Shown: positions 1 through 9,901 of the stretch, in pieces
How the letters are laid out: each line of letters starts with the position of its first letter
Position numbering within the stretch: position 1 is the first letter of the stretch
IMG/VR virus record: IMGVR_UViG_3300013004_000034
DNA length: 42,217 bases
Direction: 5' to 3' (one strand)
Source of the DNA: a virus
Taxonomy: Duplodnaviria > Heunggongvirae > Uroviricota > Caudoviricetes
Program-made: the position numbers and the translations under genes
The notes under the pieces: model-generated
The model's database searches: none
The model's input: the letters and a program-made list of their open reading frames with translations, nothing else
What the model was told of the DNA's origin: nothing

Positions 1-1312
1 GATTAGCTGTAATAGAGAATGGCTCTGCGGCAATCGGAACAAAGTAATGAACATTTGCTACCAACGTATTTGCAAAAGTAGATACAACTCTCAATGATGT
101 GTTGCTGATAACTTGTGTTACTCTTCTGATTTGATTGTTGGCATTTGATCCGACTCTAATATAACTACCTACGGTATAACCATTTGCTGTATCGGCAAAC
201 TGTGTTGAAACGCCTGTAACGGTATTTGCTCCAGCAGTAACACTTACTGTTCCTGGCTTGAGAGTACCGCTTTGACTTACATCTCTTATAGGTAAAGTAT
301 TCTCAAATAAAGCTGCAGGATTTTCTTTCTGTATTCTTAGTGCAGAAGCATTTGCAGAGAGTATGGTTCCGTGTGTGGCTGTATCGGACTGAACTACAGT
401 CGATCCAGTGGTAAACGCTTGGTTATTTGAGATATACAAGTACTGAATAACATCGTATTTCTGTTCGGCGTAATAACCAACTGCAACTGTGCCGGATGGT
501 ACTGCAGTAAAGTCCAATCTTGAGTATACGTCAAATGCATCTGCAGTAGCTACTCTGATCTGCTTATTTGCGCCGTTGTAGCTAGAAATTTCTCTTACTT
601 GACCGGCACCAAAACCAGACTTTAGATATATTGATGATCTAGCATAATGATTGTTATTTGACGATGATGTTGATGGTAGCTGCAGTGTGGTCTTATTGAT
701 GAACTTGTATAGGAATCCACTCTCGTAGATTGAATAGTTATTACCACCATCTGTTATAATATAAGCATCAATGCTACCCGAAACTGCATTTCCTGATACA
801 TTATTATCGGTTGCAACCGGTATGTAAGTTGTCGTGGTGAACTTAGTATTAGCCTGCGGATCTACAGTATACATGTACTTCCATACATAACCATCAGCGG
901 TATTAAATGTGCTGTAGCTAGTTGTCAGTCTAGGTTCAACGGTTGATTTAGCACCGCGGTTATTACTAATGCACTTGTAGACCTGATACTGATCATTCAT
1001 CACATAGAATTGCTTAGAGTATAGATCTCCATCATACTGATCGTATGCAGTATATGCAGTATTGGTAGTCCAATCATACCTAGGGATCAATGTGTATACG
1101 TCACTATTGGCCAATAGCTTACCAAATAGCATATCGGCGTATACAGTAAGTCCTATTTGCTCAACCGATCCGTTTGCCGCCGGCGGTGATGCTTCATTTG
1201 TCCATGGAGTGGCCTTACCTGCAAATACGTAGTAAGAATTCCTAGTGTCCTTTACATCTTGTATAAAAGAGTTAGCAAGGTCGATGTGATAATTGATAGT
1301 TAATTCTGCCAT
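1..1312 (-). CDS. gp8: Baseplate wedge subunit gp8 (3' end runs off the window)
   Basis: Not in the ORF track. Manual translation from ATG at 1312 gives MAELTINYHIDLANSF...IPRYDW...FYVMNDQYQVYKCISNN...TADGYVWKYMY, typical gp8 motifs. The same frame is open at the window edge, and the gene follows gp6-gp7. Confidence 0.88.
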   Translation of the reverse strand, partial: MAELTINYHIDLANSFIQDVKDTRNSYYVFAGKATPWTNEASPPAANGSVEQIGLTVYADMLFGKLLANSDVYTLIPRYDWTTNTAYTAYDQYDGDLYSKQFYVMNDQYQVYKCISNNRGAKSTVEPRLTTSYSTFNTADGYVWKYMYTVDPQANTKFTTTTYIPVATDNNVSGNAVSGSIDAYIITDGGNNYSIYESGFLYKFINKTTLQLPSTSSSNNNHYARSSIYLKSGFGAGQVREISSYNGANKQIRVATADAFDVYSRLDFTAVPSGTVAVGYYAEQKYDVIQYLYISNNQAFTTGSTVVQSDTATHGTILSANASALRIQKENPAALFENTLPIRDVSQSGTLKPGTVSVTAGANTVTGVSTQFADTANGYTVGSYIRVGSNANNQIRRVTQVISNTSLRVVSTFANTLVANVHYFVPIAAEPFSITAN

Positions 1313-1335
1313 TGCTTTTGCTCTATTTCCTTACT

Positions 1336-1662
1336 TTAGGCCCAAGTGCGCTCAGGAGTTTCTGGATTACAACGCGTAAACTGTGAGAGCTGTTCAGGAG
1401 TTAGCTCTACTACAGCTCTCACATTAAAGTGCCAGCCTGGTATATTTTTGAGTGCCATATATTTATTACCTTCAGAATCAACGATCTCCTCATCAGACAC
1501 TTTAGAGATGGTACCAATGACATCGATGTTGATTAGATGATTGGGAATTAACTCACCGTTAGCAGATTCAATGATACCGGCTAATGCAAGCTGTGTTAGC
1601 ATTTGGGCCCTGTTTTTTGATTTAAAGCAGTAGTCATAATAATACATTAATAAGTTCCTCAA
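1336..1662 (-). CDS. Small hypothetical protein, possibly accessory to the gp7 fibre-like domain
   Basis: 108 aa ORF between gp7 and gp8 with NIDVIGTI...PGWHFNVR, a pattern I associate with small proteins downstream of phage fibre genes. The real start may be Met6. Confidence 0.6.
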   Translation of the reverse strand: MRNLLMYYYDYCFKSKNRAQMLTQLALAGIIESANGELIPNHLINIDVIGTISKVSDEEIVDSEGNKYMALKNIPGWHFNVRAVVELTPEQLSQFTRCNPETPERTWA

Positions 1663-4600
1663 ATTGGAAGTGCAGCAACAGCTGCTAGTAAAGCACTATC
1701 AGTAATTGCATACGGTAGAATTTGTACGGTTTTAATTTGACCAAACAGTGCCATAGAATCCGCTCCAGAGAATGATGTCCAACTTGATCCAATTCTTGCG
1801 GTAATTAAAGTTGGATCCGGTCTCCATGGTATAGTAATTACAGAACCTCCATTTACACACCCTCTAACTGTGGCTGTAGCCGAAGATACTACAAACCCAG
1901 CCCTAACAACTTGACCTCTAAAATCTGTACTAGACAACTCTGTTGAAGTAGCACCACTAACACTATTGCGTGCCGCAAGATTCATCCTACCTGATCCGAC
2001 CAATCCTAGGGCGCCGGCGCTATTAAATTCATCGCGTCTTAAATTAATTAATGGTGCCGCTGTACTTGTAGGATATGTTGTAGGCATTAGTCCGGATACC
2101 AATACTGTACAATCACTATCGATGTTAATACCATAATTTGTCAAAGGAACGGTCAAAAGATCGGCATCTCTTGTACTTGCAGCCAATGTACCAATTGGCG
2201 GTAGTATTGGCGAGGATGGCATGCCGCCAAGTTCAAGTTGGGGCCACGCAAGATCATAAGTGAAATCATAGGTAACACCAACTACGCCTTCAAATCGCAT
2301 TGTGTAGCGGGCATTATTGGTGCTTACTCCCGTGATCGTGCGGGTCGCAAACGCTCGAGACCAGCCGGCTTCCAGGGCTATGGCCGCCATGGTGATGGAA
2401 CCGGTAGAGGTACCCGTGTATTCACGCACCTCTACCTGTAGATTGAATCCTGCCTGTGACCCGGATACAAGACGATGAAAGACGGATGATGTTACCTGTT
2501 GAGCTAGGGAACATGACACTTGGTACGAGCTGGTCAGCCGAGTGGTGACGCCAGTCGATGTACCGAATAGGCGCAAGCGGACAAACTGCAGTCCGTCAGC
2601 AACACCAGTCCCGATAACCTCCATCGCAAGGCCGCTGGGCGTGCCGCTGGACCCGCTAAGGCCCCAATTGGTTGGTCCGGACCCGCCTGATCCCAGAATC
2701 CCCGGGAACGTTCCCTCGCCACGGGGATTGCCGAATGAATTGGTTCTAGCACTTTCAAATAATAGTCCGCCATATGTAGCTATACCGGTATAGTTATATC
2801 TAGGTATATTTACTCCAGCCGTATCATACTGACTGACAATGTTAAGGAACGAAGCATTAGATGCACGTGTAAATGTTGCAGTATTAGCAACAAAGTTAGT
2901 ATCGACAACCGTGTATATTATTGTGTTAGATTGAGATGAGCTGCTGTTTGAAAGTAGAGAAACATCATCAAACAGCAGCTCGGATGATCTATATCTACCA
3001 AATAATTTATGTCCAGCTGGATGTATTAGATCTTTTACAAGACCTTCATACGTATCTAGCATTCTCTTTACAACAACTTCGTATGAGTAGATCTGATAAT
3101 AGTCACTATCCTGGATATTGATGATATCACTTAAGAATCCTCTTGAATTCTTCCAATAACCTAGGCCTCTACCATCTGAACTTACCACTGCTACGCCAGA
3201 AATAGTTACACCGGCATTATCACTAGTGATAATAACTTTTTCTCCGGGTACATATCCAAAGCCTGAGTCATAAACTTCGACTGCCGTAACAACACCTTGT
3301 TCACTACTCACCTTTGCATCAACAACTGCATTGTGTCCTTTTACACCGCCAGTATCATCAGCTATTTCCATTAATGCAACATCGGTTTCAATTATATCAA
3401 CATACGGTGGACTTGAATAACCGGATCCTGGATTGATATTCTTTAGATACGCAATAGTACCAACTTCAAGATCGTAGATATCCAGGACTTCTTCTATCTT
3501 TCGGTCCAAGTTTGCCGGAGATGTTGAAGGGAATATCCAGTCAGTCAGACTTTCTTGTGAAGTAATGTTGGCATTAGATGTAGGATTGCCAATATCCACT
3601 ACAGTAGCTGTAGGCACAAAGTACATGTGATCACCCAATGTATTGGCCACAATTGCTGAACTGTTTGCAGTAAATATTGAACCGTTTCCTATAACGGTTT
3701 CTTTCCCCAAGTAAGTATCAAGATTCAATTCACATAATGATGTATTTCCAATTAGTACAATACCTGGTACAAGATTGGCATTAGTCAAGTCCGATTCGGA
3801 TCCGGTAACTTTTACTATCTTGCTGTCAGTAAAGTACACGTATAGATTTGCAATTCCAAGTGTACTATTTGAAAGCTTTTCATATAAGAGGGCGGTGTTA
3901 GGTGTTGTATAGGTTACTTGTAAAGTACCAGCATTTGCACTTGATCGTACTTGATTACCTACTGTAAACGCACCAGTTGGAGAGTTTATGTATATCCGAA
4001 CTTGTGTCTCTATCTTTGTTGATACATATGAACTGATTTTATCAGTATTGATCCGTAAAATTTCTTTATCAACCAAACCACCGATATCAAAAGTAGCACC
4101 AGAGCCACCACCACCGAACGTATCCACAATAGTTGCCGTAGCGGTTCCATCACTGATGGTATCACCGGTGTTAAAACTCAGACCTGCGCTGAAGTTAATA
4201 AGAGTAAGATAACTAGAATTGGCAAATACCACATTGCCGTTTGCTGATGTTGCAGTACTATATGCATTGCTACCTACAGTAAAGCTACCTGTTGTATCAG
4301 ATATTAATATATTAATTGTTGTAGCTACAGTTACAGTAGCATCTAGAGAATATCCAGAACCACCGTTAATGAGATTGAATTGTACCTTACCGTTTTCATT
4401 TCGTACTGCGGCTACTCTAGCCTTACCTTCAGAGCCAGAACCGGTTATACTAAGGATCTCACCTACACTGAATCCAGAACCTCCATTATCTACCGGGATG
4501 GCCGTCAACGATCCGATGATTATTGGAGCGCTATCAATCTGAATGACACCATCACATATAATTTTCTCTCCATATTCAAACTGACCTTGAACCGAGCTCA

Positions 4601-5150
4601 AGTATAGAATGTTTACGGTCTTACCAGTTATAACTTTTCTGGAATAAGTTTCAACAACTGCTCTTGAAGTTCTATCAGAGTTGGTTATTGTCTTCCCTGA
4701 CAGCAAATAAAGATTTGGGTGCGATGTAATTTCGATATAGTGAGACTTGTACCACTCACCATCAGAAGGTCTTAGTAGATAATCCCCTGGTATAAAGACT
4801 TCAATATCTTCATTGAATAGTATTCTGAAGAGAAGCTCTATAGATCTTTTAGATCCTTTGGTTCTATACAGCTCAAGTATATGCTTAAGCAGTAATCTAT
4901 TATCAGTTGCAATGCCCTTTGGTATAGCGGACATATATGTCTTTTTAAAATATTCAATGAACTCAGCTTCAGTTTTGTCTATATCAGAATACTCTAACAG
5001 AGACCTTGATCTATTCAAGGCCTTACCGGTGGACTCTAACCACTCATAGTATGCTCTGACAAATGCTACAAAATTCTTTCCATCAGCTCTATAAAAAGCA
5101 GGAAATTGTTGAGTTATGAAAGGTGAGATGTTCTTTTCTAATGTAGTCAT
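1659..5150 (-). CDS. gp7: Baseplate wedge initiator gp7 fused to a C-terminal fibre/carbohydrate-binding-like region
   Basis: N-terminus ISPFITQQFPAF...FVRAYYEWLE...LYRTKGSKRSIELLFRILFNE, GSGY repeats and DSDYYQIYSYEV...HPAG match gp7. The C-terminal ~420 aa (TFTRAS, GGLLFESARTN, WPQLELG) is an added module. Confidence 0.85.
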   Translation of the reverse strand: MTTLEKNISPFITQQFPAFYRADGKNFVAFVRAYYEWLESTGKALNRSRSLLEYSDIDKTEAEFIEYFKKTYMSAIPKGIATDNRLLLKHILELYRTKGSKRSIELLFRILFNEDIEVFIPGDYLLRPSDGEWYKSHYIEITSHPNLYLLSGKTITNSDRTSRAVVETYSRKVITGKTVNILYLSSVQGQFEYGEKIICDGVIQIDSAPIIIGSLTAIPVDNGGSGFSVGEILSITGSGSEGKARVAAVRNENGKVQFNLINGGSGYSLDATVTVATTINILISDTTGSFTVGSNAYSTATSANGNVVFANSSYLTLINFSAGLSFNTGDTISDGTATATIVDTFGGGGSGATFDIGGLVDKEILRINTDKISSYVSTKIETQVRIYINSPTGAFTVGNQVRSSANAGTLQVTYTTPNTALLYEKLSNSTLGIANLYVYFTDSKIVKVTGSESDLTNANLVPGIVLIGNTSLCELNLDTYLGKETVIGNGSIFTANSSAIVANTLGDHMYFVPTATVVDIGNPTSNANITSQESLTDWIFPSTSPANLDRKIEEVLDIYDLEVGTIAYLKNINPGSGYSSPPYVDIIETDVALMEIADDTGGVKGHNAVVDAKVSSEQGVVTAVEVYDSGFGYVPGEKVIITSDNAGVTISGVAVVSSDGRGLGYWKNSRGFLSDIINIQDSDYYQIYSYEVVVKRMLDTYEGLVKDLIHPAGHKLFGRYRSSELLFDDVSLLSNSSSSQSNTIIYTVVDTNFVANTATFTRASNASFLNIVSQYDTAGVNIPRYNYTGIATYGGLLFESARTNSFGNPRGEGTFPGILGSGGSGPTNWGLSGSSGTPSGLAMEVIGTGVADGLQFVRLRLFGTSTGVTTRLTSSYQVSCSLAQQVTSSVFHRLVSGSQAGFNLQVEVREYTGTSTGSITMAAIALEAGWSRAFATRTITGVSTNNARYTMRFEGVVGVTYDFTYDLAWPQLELGGMPSSPILPPIGTLAASTRDADLLTVPLTNYGINIDSDCTVLVSGLMPTTYPTSTAAPLINLRRDEFNSAGALGLVGSGRMNLAARNSVSGATSTELSSTDFRGQVVRAGFVVSSATATVRGCVNGGSVITIPWRPDPTLITARIGSSWTSFSGADSMALFGQIKTVQILPYAITDSALLAAVAALPI

Positions 5151-5155
5151 GCCAA

Positions 5156-6979
5156 TTAGGCCTTTCTCACTTTGACCGATATCCCTCTTGCAGTGTCTAT
5201 AGTTATGATATCATTCAGTGCAGCACTGACATCTGACATAACCGGCTTTACAATCACTTCAAGTCCTAAAGAATCACCAAAGCTTGTTATTGTTACTGGA
5301 TCCATAGTGACGATACCGGCCATATAATCTACGGTACCTGCCTTATTGTACGTAGCTGCTGTAGGGCTGGTTACATCGACCAAATATAAATCAGTCGATG
5401 TATTTGTCACGACGGTCTTTTCACCATCAAACTTTACATCAAGTGTATCATTATTTGGATTAAAGTCAACATATTGATAAATTCTGCCAACTGATGTAAA
5501 CTTACTAGTTGTTATTGATCCGGGAACAATTGAGTTTCTAAATTCGAACAGTGGGTATGACTTCTTATTAAGTTCCGGCTGATAGAGCTTTCTGAGAGTA
5601 AGCTCAGTTTGATTTGTAACAATAGATGTATCCGCATCATTAATAGCAGTCTCAAGTCTGGAAAGACTAAGCTCTGAATTAAATTCAGACAATTGATTGG
5701 TATTGAAATTTTGTATGGCTACTTTTACAGCGGATTCAATATCCGAAGCTGACAAATTTGTAATATTAGCTTCATATTTTACGGTTGTATACACATTGAC
5801 ATATAGATAATTCGGATCAATAACCTTAGGTGTTACACCAAGTGCGGTTCGAACTTTCAAATATTGTTCTATGTCTATCTTTTCTACGTCCGATAGTAAG
5901 TTACCGGTAAATGTGGTAGGTACAATATAAACCGTACCATATCTTGGATAATCCGTTACTTGCTCACCACCATATACGTATACACTTTTTACAGTCTGAA
6001 ACTCTTGTGTAATTAAAGTTTTAAAATCATTTATGGTTATTGCTCTATCTTGTGTCTGATATGCTCGAGGCGCTCGATATCTTATTTCTTCAATTGTTTC
6101 GGCTTCTGCTCCACTGTATCCTGTTTCAACTACAGTTATGGTTGGAGTTATACTTGAGCCGTAACCATTAACAGCACCTAGATTGTCTGACAAAGAAAAG
6201 TTAGTGGCTTTATTGCCGTTTGGTCCTGCTGTTACTCTATATGTTATTGCTATAGTGCTACTATCCGTAGGTCTAGAACCAAATGTCCCATCACCAAATA
6301 CAATCTCGTATGTCTGATCTTCAGATGCTTGCACAAAGTAAGACTTGCTTGTAGAATCTAGCCCGATTAAGCTATTAGCCTTACTATACGTAGTCGGTAC
6401 AACTGCGTTCGATTCAGTTACCGATACTTCAATGGAATCTGTATCTATAGATGCATTTGACAATATAAATCTTTGATTCTCTACGGCATAGTTCATGATG
6501 AAAGCATCAGTTGTTTGAGTGCCTTCATATACCGTAACATCATTAGCAGTAAATTTTCCGTCCGATGGATATAGCACTAGTGATTCAATAGTGACAAACT
6601 GAAATGTGCCTACAGAGTTCTTTCCTGAAAACCGAGTACCCTTGGGAATAGTAAATACTGTGAGGCCTGATTGTGGAAACTGTAAGTTCAACCTAGCCCT
6701 AGCAGACTTAGCCGATCTGGGTGTATAATTCAGTGACTTAGCTATAGATATAACAGAGTTCCGAAGCTGTGCGGAATCCAAGAACATCTCAGATGCTACC
6801 ATGTTTAAGTAGAATACATTGAGATGTGTATTGTAAGTCAAGATGTCCAGAAGTACAGACATATTGGAACCGTCAAAGTCATAGTCAGAAAACTGAGCTT
6901 GACCGTTCAGGTATGTCTTTAACTGAGCCTTGAGGGTGTCAAAGTCCAGATTGACTAGACTTATGGAGTTATTGGCCAT
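5156..6979 (-). CDS. gp6: Baseplate wedge subunit gp6
   Basis: LDFDTLKAQLKTYL...FSDYDFDGSNMSVLLDILTYNTH...FLDSAQLRNSVISIAKSLNYTPRS; QDRAITINDF. Confidence 0.95.
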   Translation of the reverse strand: MANNSISLVNLDFDTLKAQLKTYLNGQAQFSDYDFDGSNMSVLLDILTYNTHLNVFYLNMVASEMFLDSAQLRNSVISIAKSLNYTPRSAKSARARLNLQFPQSGLTVFTIPKGTRFSGKNSVGTFQFVTIESLVLYPSDGKFTANDVTVYEGTQTTDAFIMNYAVENQRFILSNASIDTDSIEVSVTESNAVVPTTYSKANSLIGLDSTSKSYFVQASEDQTYEIVFGDGTFGSRPTDSSTIAITYRVTAGPNGNKATNFSLSDNLGAVNGYGSSITPTITVVETGYSGAEAETIEEIRYRAPRAYQTQDRAITINDFKTLITQEFQTVKSVYVYGGEQVTDYPRYGTVYIVPTTFTGNLLSDVEKIDIEQYLKVRTALGVTPKVIDPNYLYVNVYTTVKYEANITNLSASDIESAVKVAIQNFNTNQLSEFNSELSLSRLETAINDADTSIVTNQTELTLRKLYQPELNKKSYPLFEFRNSIVPGSITTSKFTSVGRIYQYVDFNPNNDTLDVKFDGEKTVVTNTSTDLYLVDVTSPTAATYNKAGTVDYMAGIVTMDPVTITSFGDSLGLEVIVKPVMSDVSAALNDIITIDTARGISVKVRKA

Positions 6980-7401
6980 TATCGTACTCTTCTTAAGATG
7001 ACATCAAGGCTTTGGGGTTGCATATTATTTATGATTGAAAACACGATGTTTACTGATATAGTATTGGTATCACTAGTTGGTATAACAGTCACGTTTATCA
7101 AATACACTCTAGGTTCGTTGGATTGAATTGTGGTTCTAATGCTTGTTTCTATATCGTCCGTTAAGAACCCATCATTAGGTTCAAATAATGATCTATTTAC
7201 ACTTGACCCTATATTCGGCTGAAAAGGTCTTTCACCGTAATTTGTAAGGACTAAGTTCTTGATCGACTGTTTTATTGACTGATCGTTCTTAAGCCGAACC
7301 AAATCTTTTGAGATAGGATGTGGTGTTAGATCACTCAAGAAGTCTCCGAATATGTCGGGAATTTTATCAAGCTGTGTATATCTATCTGCTCTGGTGCTCA
7401 T
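6979..7401 (-). CDS. gp25: Baseplate wedge subunit gp25
   Basis: SIKQSIKNLVLTNYGERPFQPNIGS...EPRV, GPW/gp25 family. Confidence 0.95.
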   Translation of the reverse strand: MSTRADRYTQLDKIPDIFGDFLSDLTPHPISKDLVRLKNDQSIKQSIKNLVLTNYGERPFQPNIGSSVNRSLFEPNDGFLTDDIETSIRTTIQSNEPRVYLINVTVIPTSDTNTISVNIVFSIINNMQPQSLDVILRRVR

Positions 7402-7411
7402 TGGTAAGTTC

Positions 7412-7660
7412 CTATCCGCAAGTTACGTTCGGTGAGCCTTGAATTGCTAAATCACCACCGCTGTCAGCATCACCAACTCTACACACCTTCTTTCCATTGA
7501 CAAACACTGTGGCCGATCCTGTAATCATTAAATCTCCGTCTGTTACTGGAGAATCAACTGTTATAACATTTAGTGAGTTTACAAATACGTCGGTTGTCAA
7601 TGCTTGCATATCTGCCATGGTTACCGATACTTTATCTCCATTTCTACTTACAGCAGGCAT
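7412..7660 (-). CDS. PAAR-like spike tip protein (gp5.4 equivalent)
   Basis: 82 aa with GSATVFVNGKKVCRVGD...GSPNV, located between gp5 and gp25. Confidence 0.85.
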   Translation of the reverse strand: MPAVSRNGDKVSVTMADMQALTTDVFVNSLNVITVDSPVTDGDLMITGSATVFVNGKKVCRVGDADSGGDLAIQGSPNVTCG

Positions 7661-8364
7661 TAGTCATTCAACCTTATCTGGGTACCCTTGACAAATACCT
7701 GCCCGGCAGATGTAATTGTTATAGGACCTGCTGTAGTGGTAATTGTTACACTATCAGTAGCATTGATAGTCATGTTCTTACATGCTACTCTGAAGTCACC
7801 TTCCAAGTTGAACTCTATATTCTTTCCTGTAAGTGACCAATCATCACTCAAGATCTCTGCTTTTGTTCCACCGTAGTTGATGACGGTTTCCCCGCCGATT
7901 GATTCATATTTGTTATTTGTTAAACCTAAGATATAGTCACCGTTTACTGATTCAATTCTGTCTTTCTCGGTATGTACTTGTCTTACACCACCTACACCAT
8001 CTATCAAATCACCACCAACACCTGTAGTCTTGTCTAGAGCTACAGCCTCAAGTGATGACTTATCCACATTGAAACAATATGTACCACCGATCTTTATGTC
8101 AGCATGAGAATCAATTGTCTGAGAGAATGTATCCTTGAAGTAATTGTAGACCTTTTCTACTACAGTATGTACCCAGCGGCCGGTCTTCTCTATTTCTACA
8201 TACGTACCAGTTGTATGAGCAACTTTCAGACTTTCATTATCGGGAGCATCATTGATATGAAACTCATGACCACTTCTAGTGACGGTTGCTTGGTTATATG
8301 GATACTCAGTTGCAAACGTTGATTCTGGGTGTCTACGGTTAGTTGGATCTGTTGTTCCTGACAT
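7660..8364 (-). CDS. gp5: gp5 C-terminal (needle/beta-helix) part, encoded as a separate gene
   Basis: YPYNQATVTRSGHEFHINDAPDNESLKVAHTTGTYVEI followed by short beta-repeat segments. Confidence 0.85.
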   Translation of the reverse strand: MSGTTDPTNRRHPESTFATEYPYNQATVTRSGHEFHINDAPDNESLKVAHTTGTYVEIEKTGRWVHTVVEKVYNYFKDTFSQTIDSHADIKIGGTYCFNVDKSSLEAVALDKTTGVGGDLIDGVGGVRQVHTEKDRIESVNGDYILGLTNNKYESIGGETVINYGGTKAEILSDDWSLTGKNIEFNLEGDFRVACKNMTINATDSVTITTTAGPITITSAGQVFVKGTQIRLND

Positions 8365-8365
8365 A

Positions 8366-9901
8366 TTATAAACTCCTGAACGCGTTTTCCATTTGCGCCC
8401 TTCTCACTGCCAATAGAGATTGGGCTTGTGTAAATCTATCTACTGATCTTTGTATTGCTTGAGTATTAGGAAGCACTGAGATTGATAGTCTAGCATTGAA
8501 CAAACCGGTTACAGAAGAATATATTCTAGGAGCTAGAACTGCAGTTGCAGCAAGGATCTGAAGTGGATTTCCACCTCCAATGACTCGGGTTAGAGCAGAT
8601 ATTTGACCTATACCGGTTGCTCTAACTAAAGTATCTTGTAAACTTGATGTATTCAATCGTCCTGTGGTTATTAATCCATACAGACTGGCTTGAGTTGCTC
8701 TACTTACATCATAGCTACTATGTTGAGTTGCTGATGTGTAGTTAGGTTGGCCGTTCCTAAGAGTAAACACCGGATCTCTAGTACCCGATGCATCTGTCCA
8801 TCTTATATATCCAGGATATGGATCACTATCATATGAGTAATAGTTTTGCGTATAGCCTGCAGGTGCATCGACTACCAACGATATAGGCTTGAACAATACA
8901 GTCGGTGCTCTAGAAAGTATCTCTTGCTTAGCATAACCTAGTCTATTTCTGATTGTTTGTACAGAGTCAGCACCGCGAGAAATAGCAGTCTGGATATTTG
9001 CAACTGATCTTGCAAGAGCCTGTGTACCGGTCGCCATTGAATTCAATGCCGCTGGAGCGGCGCAGATTCCACCGGTCAAGATTGCATCAAGAGCTGCCTT
9101 GAAGTTGGCCAATGCAGCTGCAGCTAAACTGATAGCTCTGAGTACCGCATTGATACCAAGAAGTTCCATAAGATCAAGTAGTACTCTTATAAGAGCGTCT
9201 ACTATCATATTGATAAATCCTGCAGCAATAGATCCCAAGTCGATTGTGAGGCTTATTGTTGTTGCAGCAGGAACAAAACACTTGAGGGACGATATCGTAC
9301 CATTTGGATCTACTTGCTTTATTATGGATAAAACATCTGACTCATTAGCACTTGCTGATGCGGTGGTTGCTGCATTTGCAAACTGCATCCCATTCTCAAC
9401 TTCAGTTGTAATAACAGCACCGGTATTTGCAGTTACAATGTCAATATTAAGTGTGCCTGAATCTATTGAATTGATTGTCAGTCTGTCTGCATTAAGACTT
9501 GTGTAAGCATTAAAAACACTGTTTTGTGTAGCACCAGGAATACTACCTGCAGCTGTATTTATTGCAGGTGCACCACCTTCAGTCTGGCCCGAGATTGGAA
9601 TTCCAGCTCTACCGACCGACCCCATAACAATAGGGTATTGTTGATCACGGTCGAGCCAATATCCCATAACACGAGAACCGACTACAAGTCCTACAGGTGC
9701 GGTACCAATTCGACCTCTAGCGGCAGAAGTAACCGGTTGAATTACTTGTGCCCATGGTAGATCTGAATCTGGTATGTTAACAGTATCATCATGGCGCCCA
9801 AGTACTCGGAGCTGCACCCTACCAGATTGGTGAGGGTCCATCACGTTAGTTACAGTGCCGATCCAGATGCTTACATTAGATCCAAAGTTTGTTTCAGTCA
9901 T
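8366..9901 (-). CDS. gp5: gp5 N-terminal OB-fold protein with a long uncharacterised extension
   Basis: WIGTVTNVMDPHQSGRVQLRVLGRH...LPWAQVIQP...GSRVMGYWLD...YPIVMGS is the gp5/VgrG OB-fold. No lysozyme motif recognised. Confidence 0.85.
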   Translation of the reverse strand: MTETNFGSNVSIWIGTVTNVMDPHQSGRVQLRVLGRHDDTVNIPDSDLPWAQVIQPVTSAARGRIGTAPVGLVVGSRVMGYWLDRDQQYPIVMGSVGRAGIPISGQTEGGAPAINTAAGSIPGATQNSVFNAYTSLNADRLTINSIDSGTLNIDIVTANTGAVITTEVENGMQFANAATTASASANESDVLSIIKQVDPNGTISSLKCFVPAATTISLTIDLGSIAAGFINMIVDALIRVLLDLMELLGINAVLRAISLAAAALANFKAALDAILTGGICAAPAALNSMATGTQALARSVANIQTAISRGADSVQTIRNRLGYAKQEILSRAPTVLFKPISLVVDAPAGYTQNYYSYDSDPYPGYIRWTDASGTRDPVFTLRNGQPNYTSATQHSSYDVSRATQASLYGLITTGRLNTSSLQDTLVRATGIGQISALTRVIGGGNPLQILAATAVLAPRIYSSVTGLFNARLSISVLPNTQAIQRSVDRFTQAQSLLAVRRAQMENAFRSL

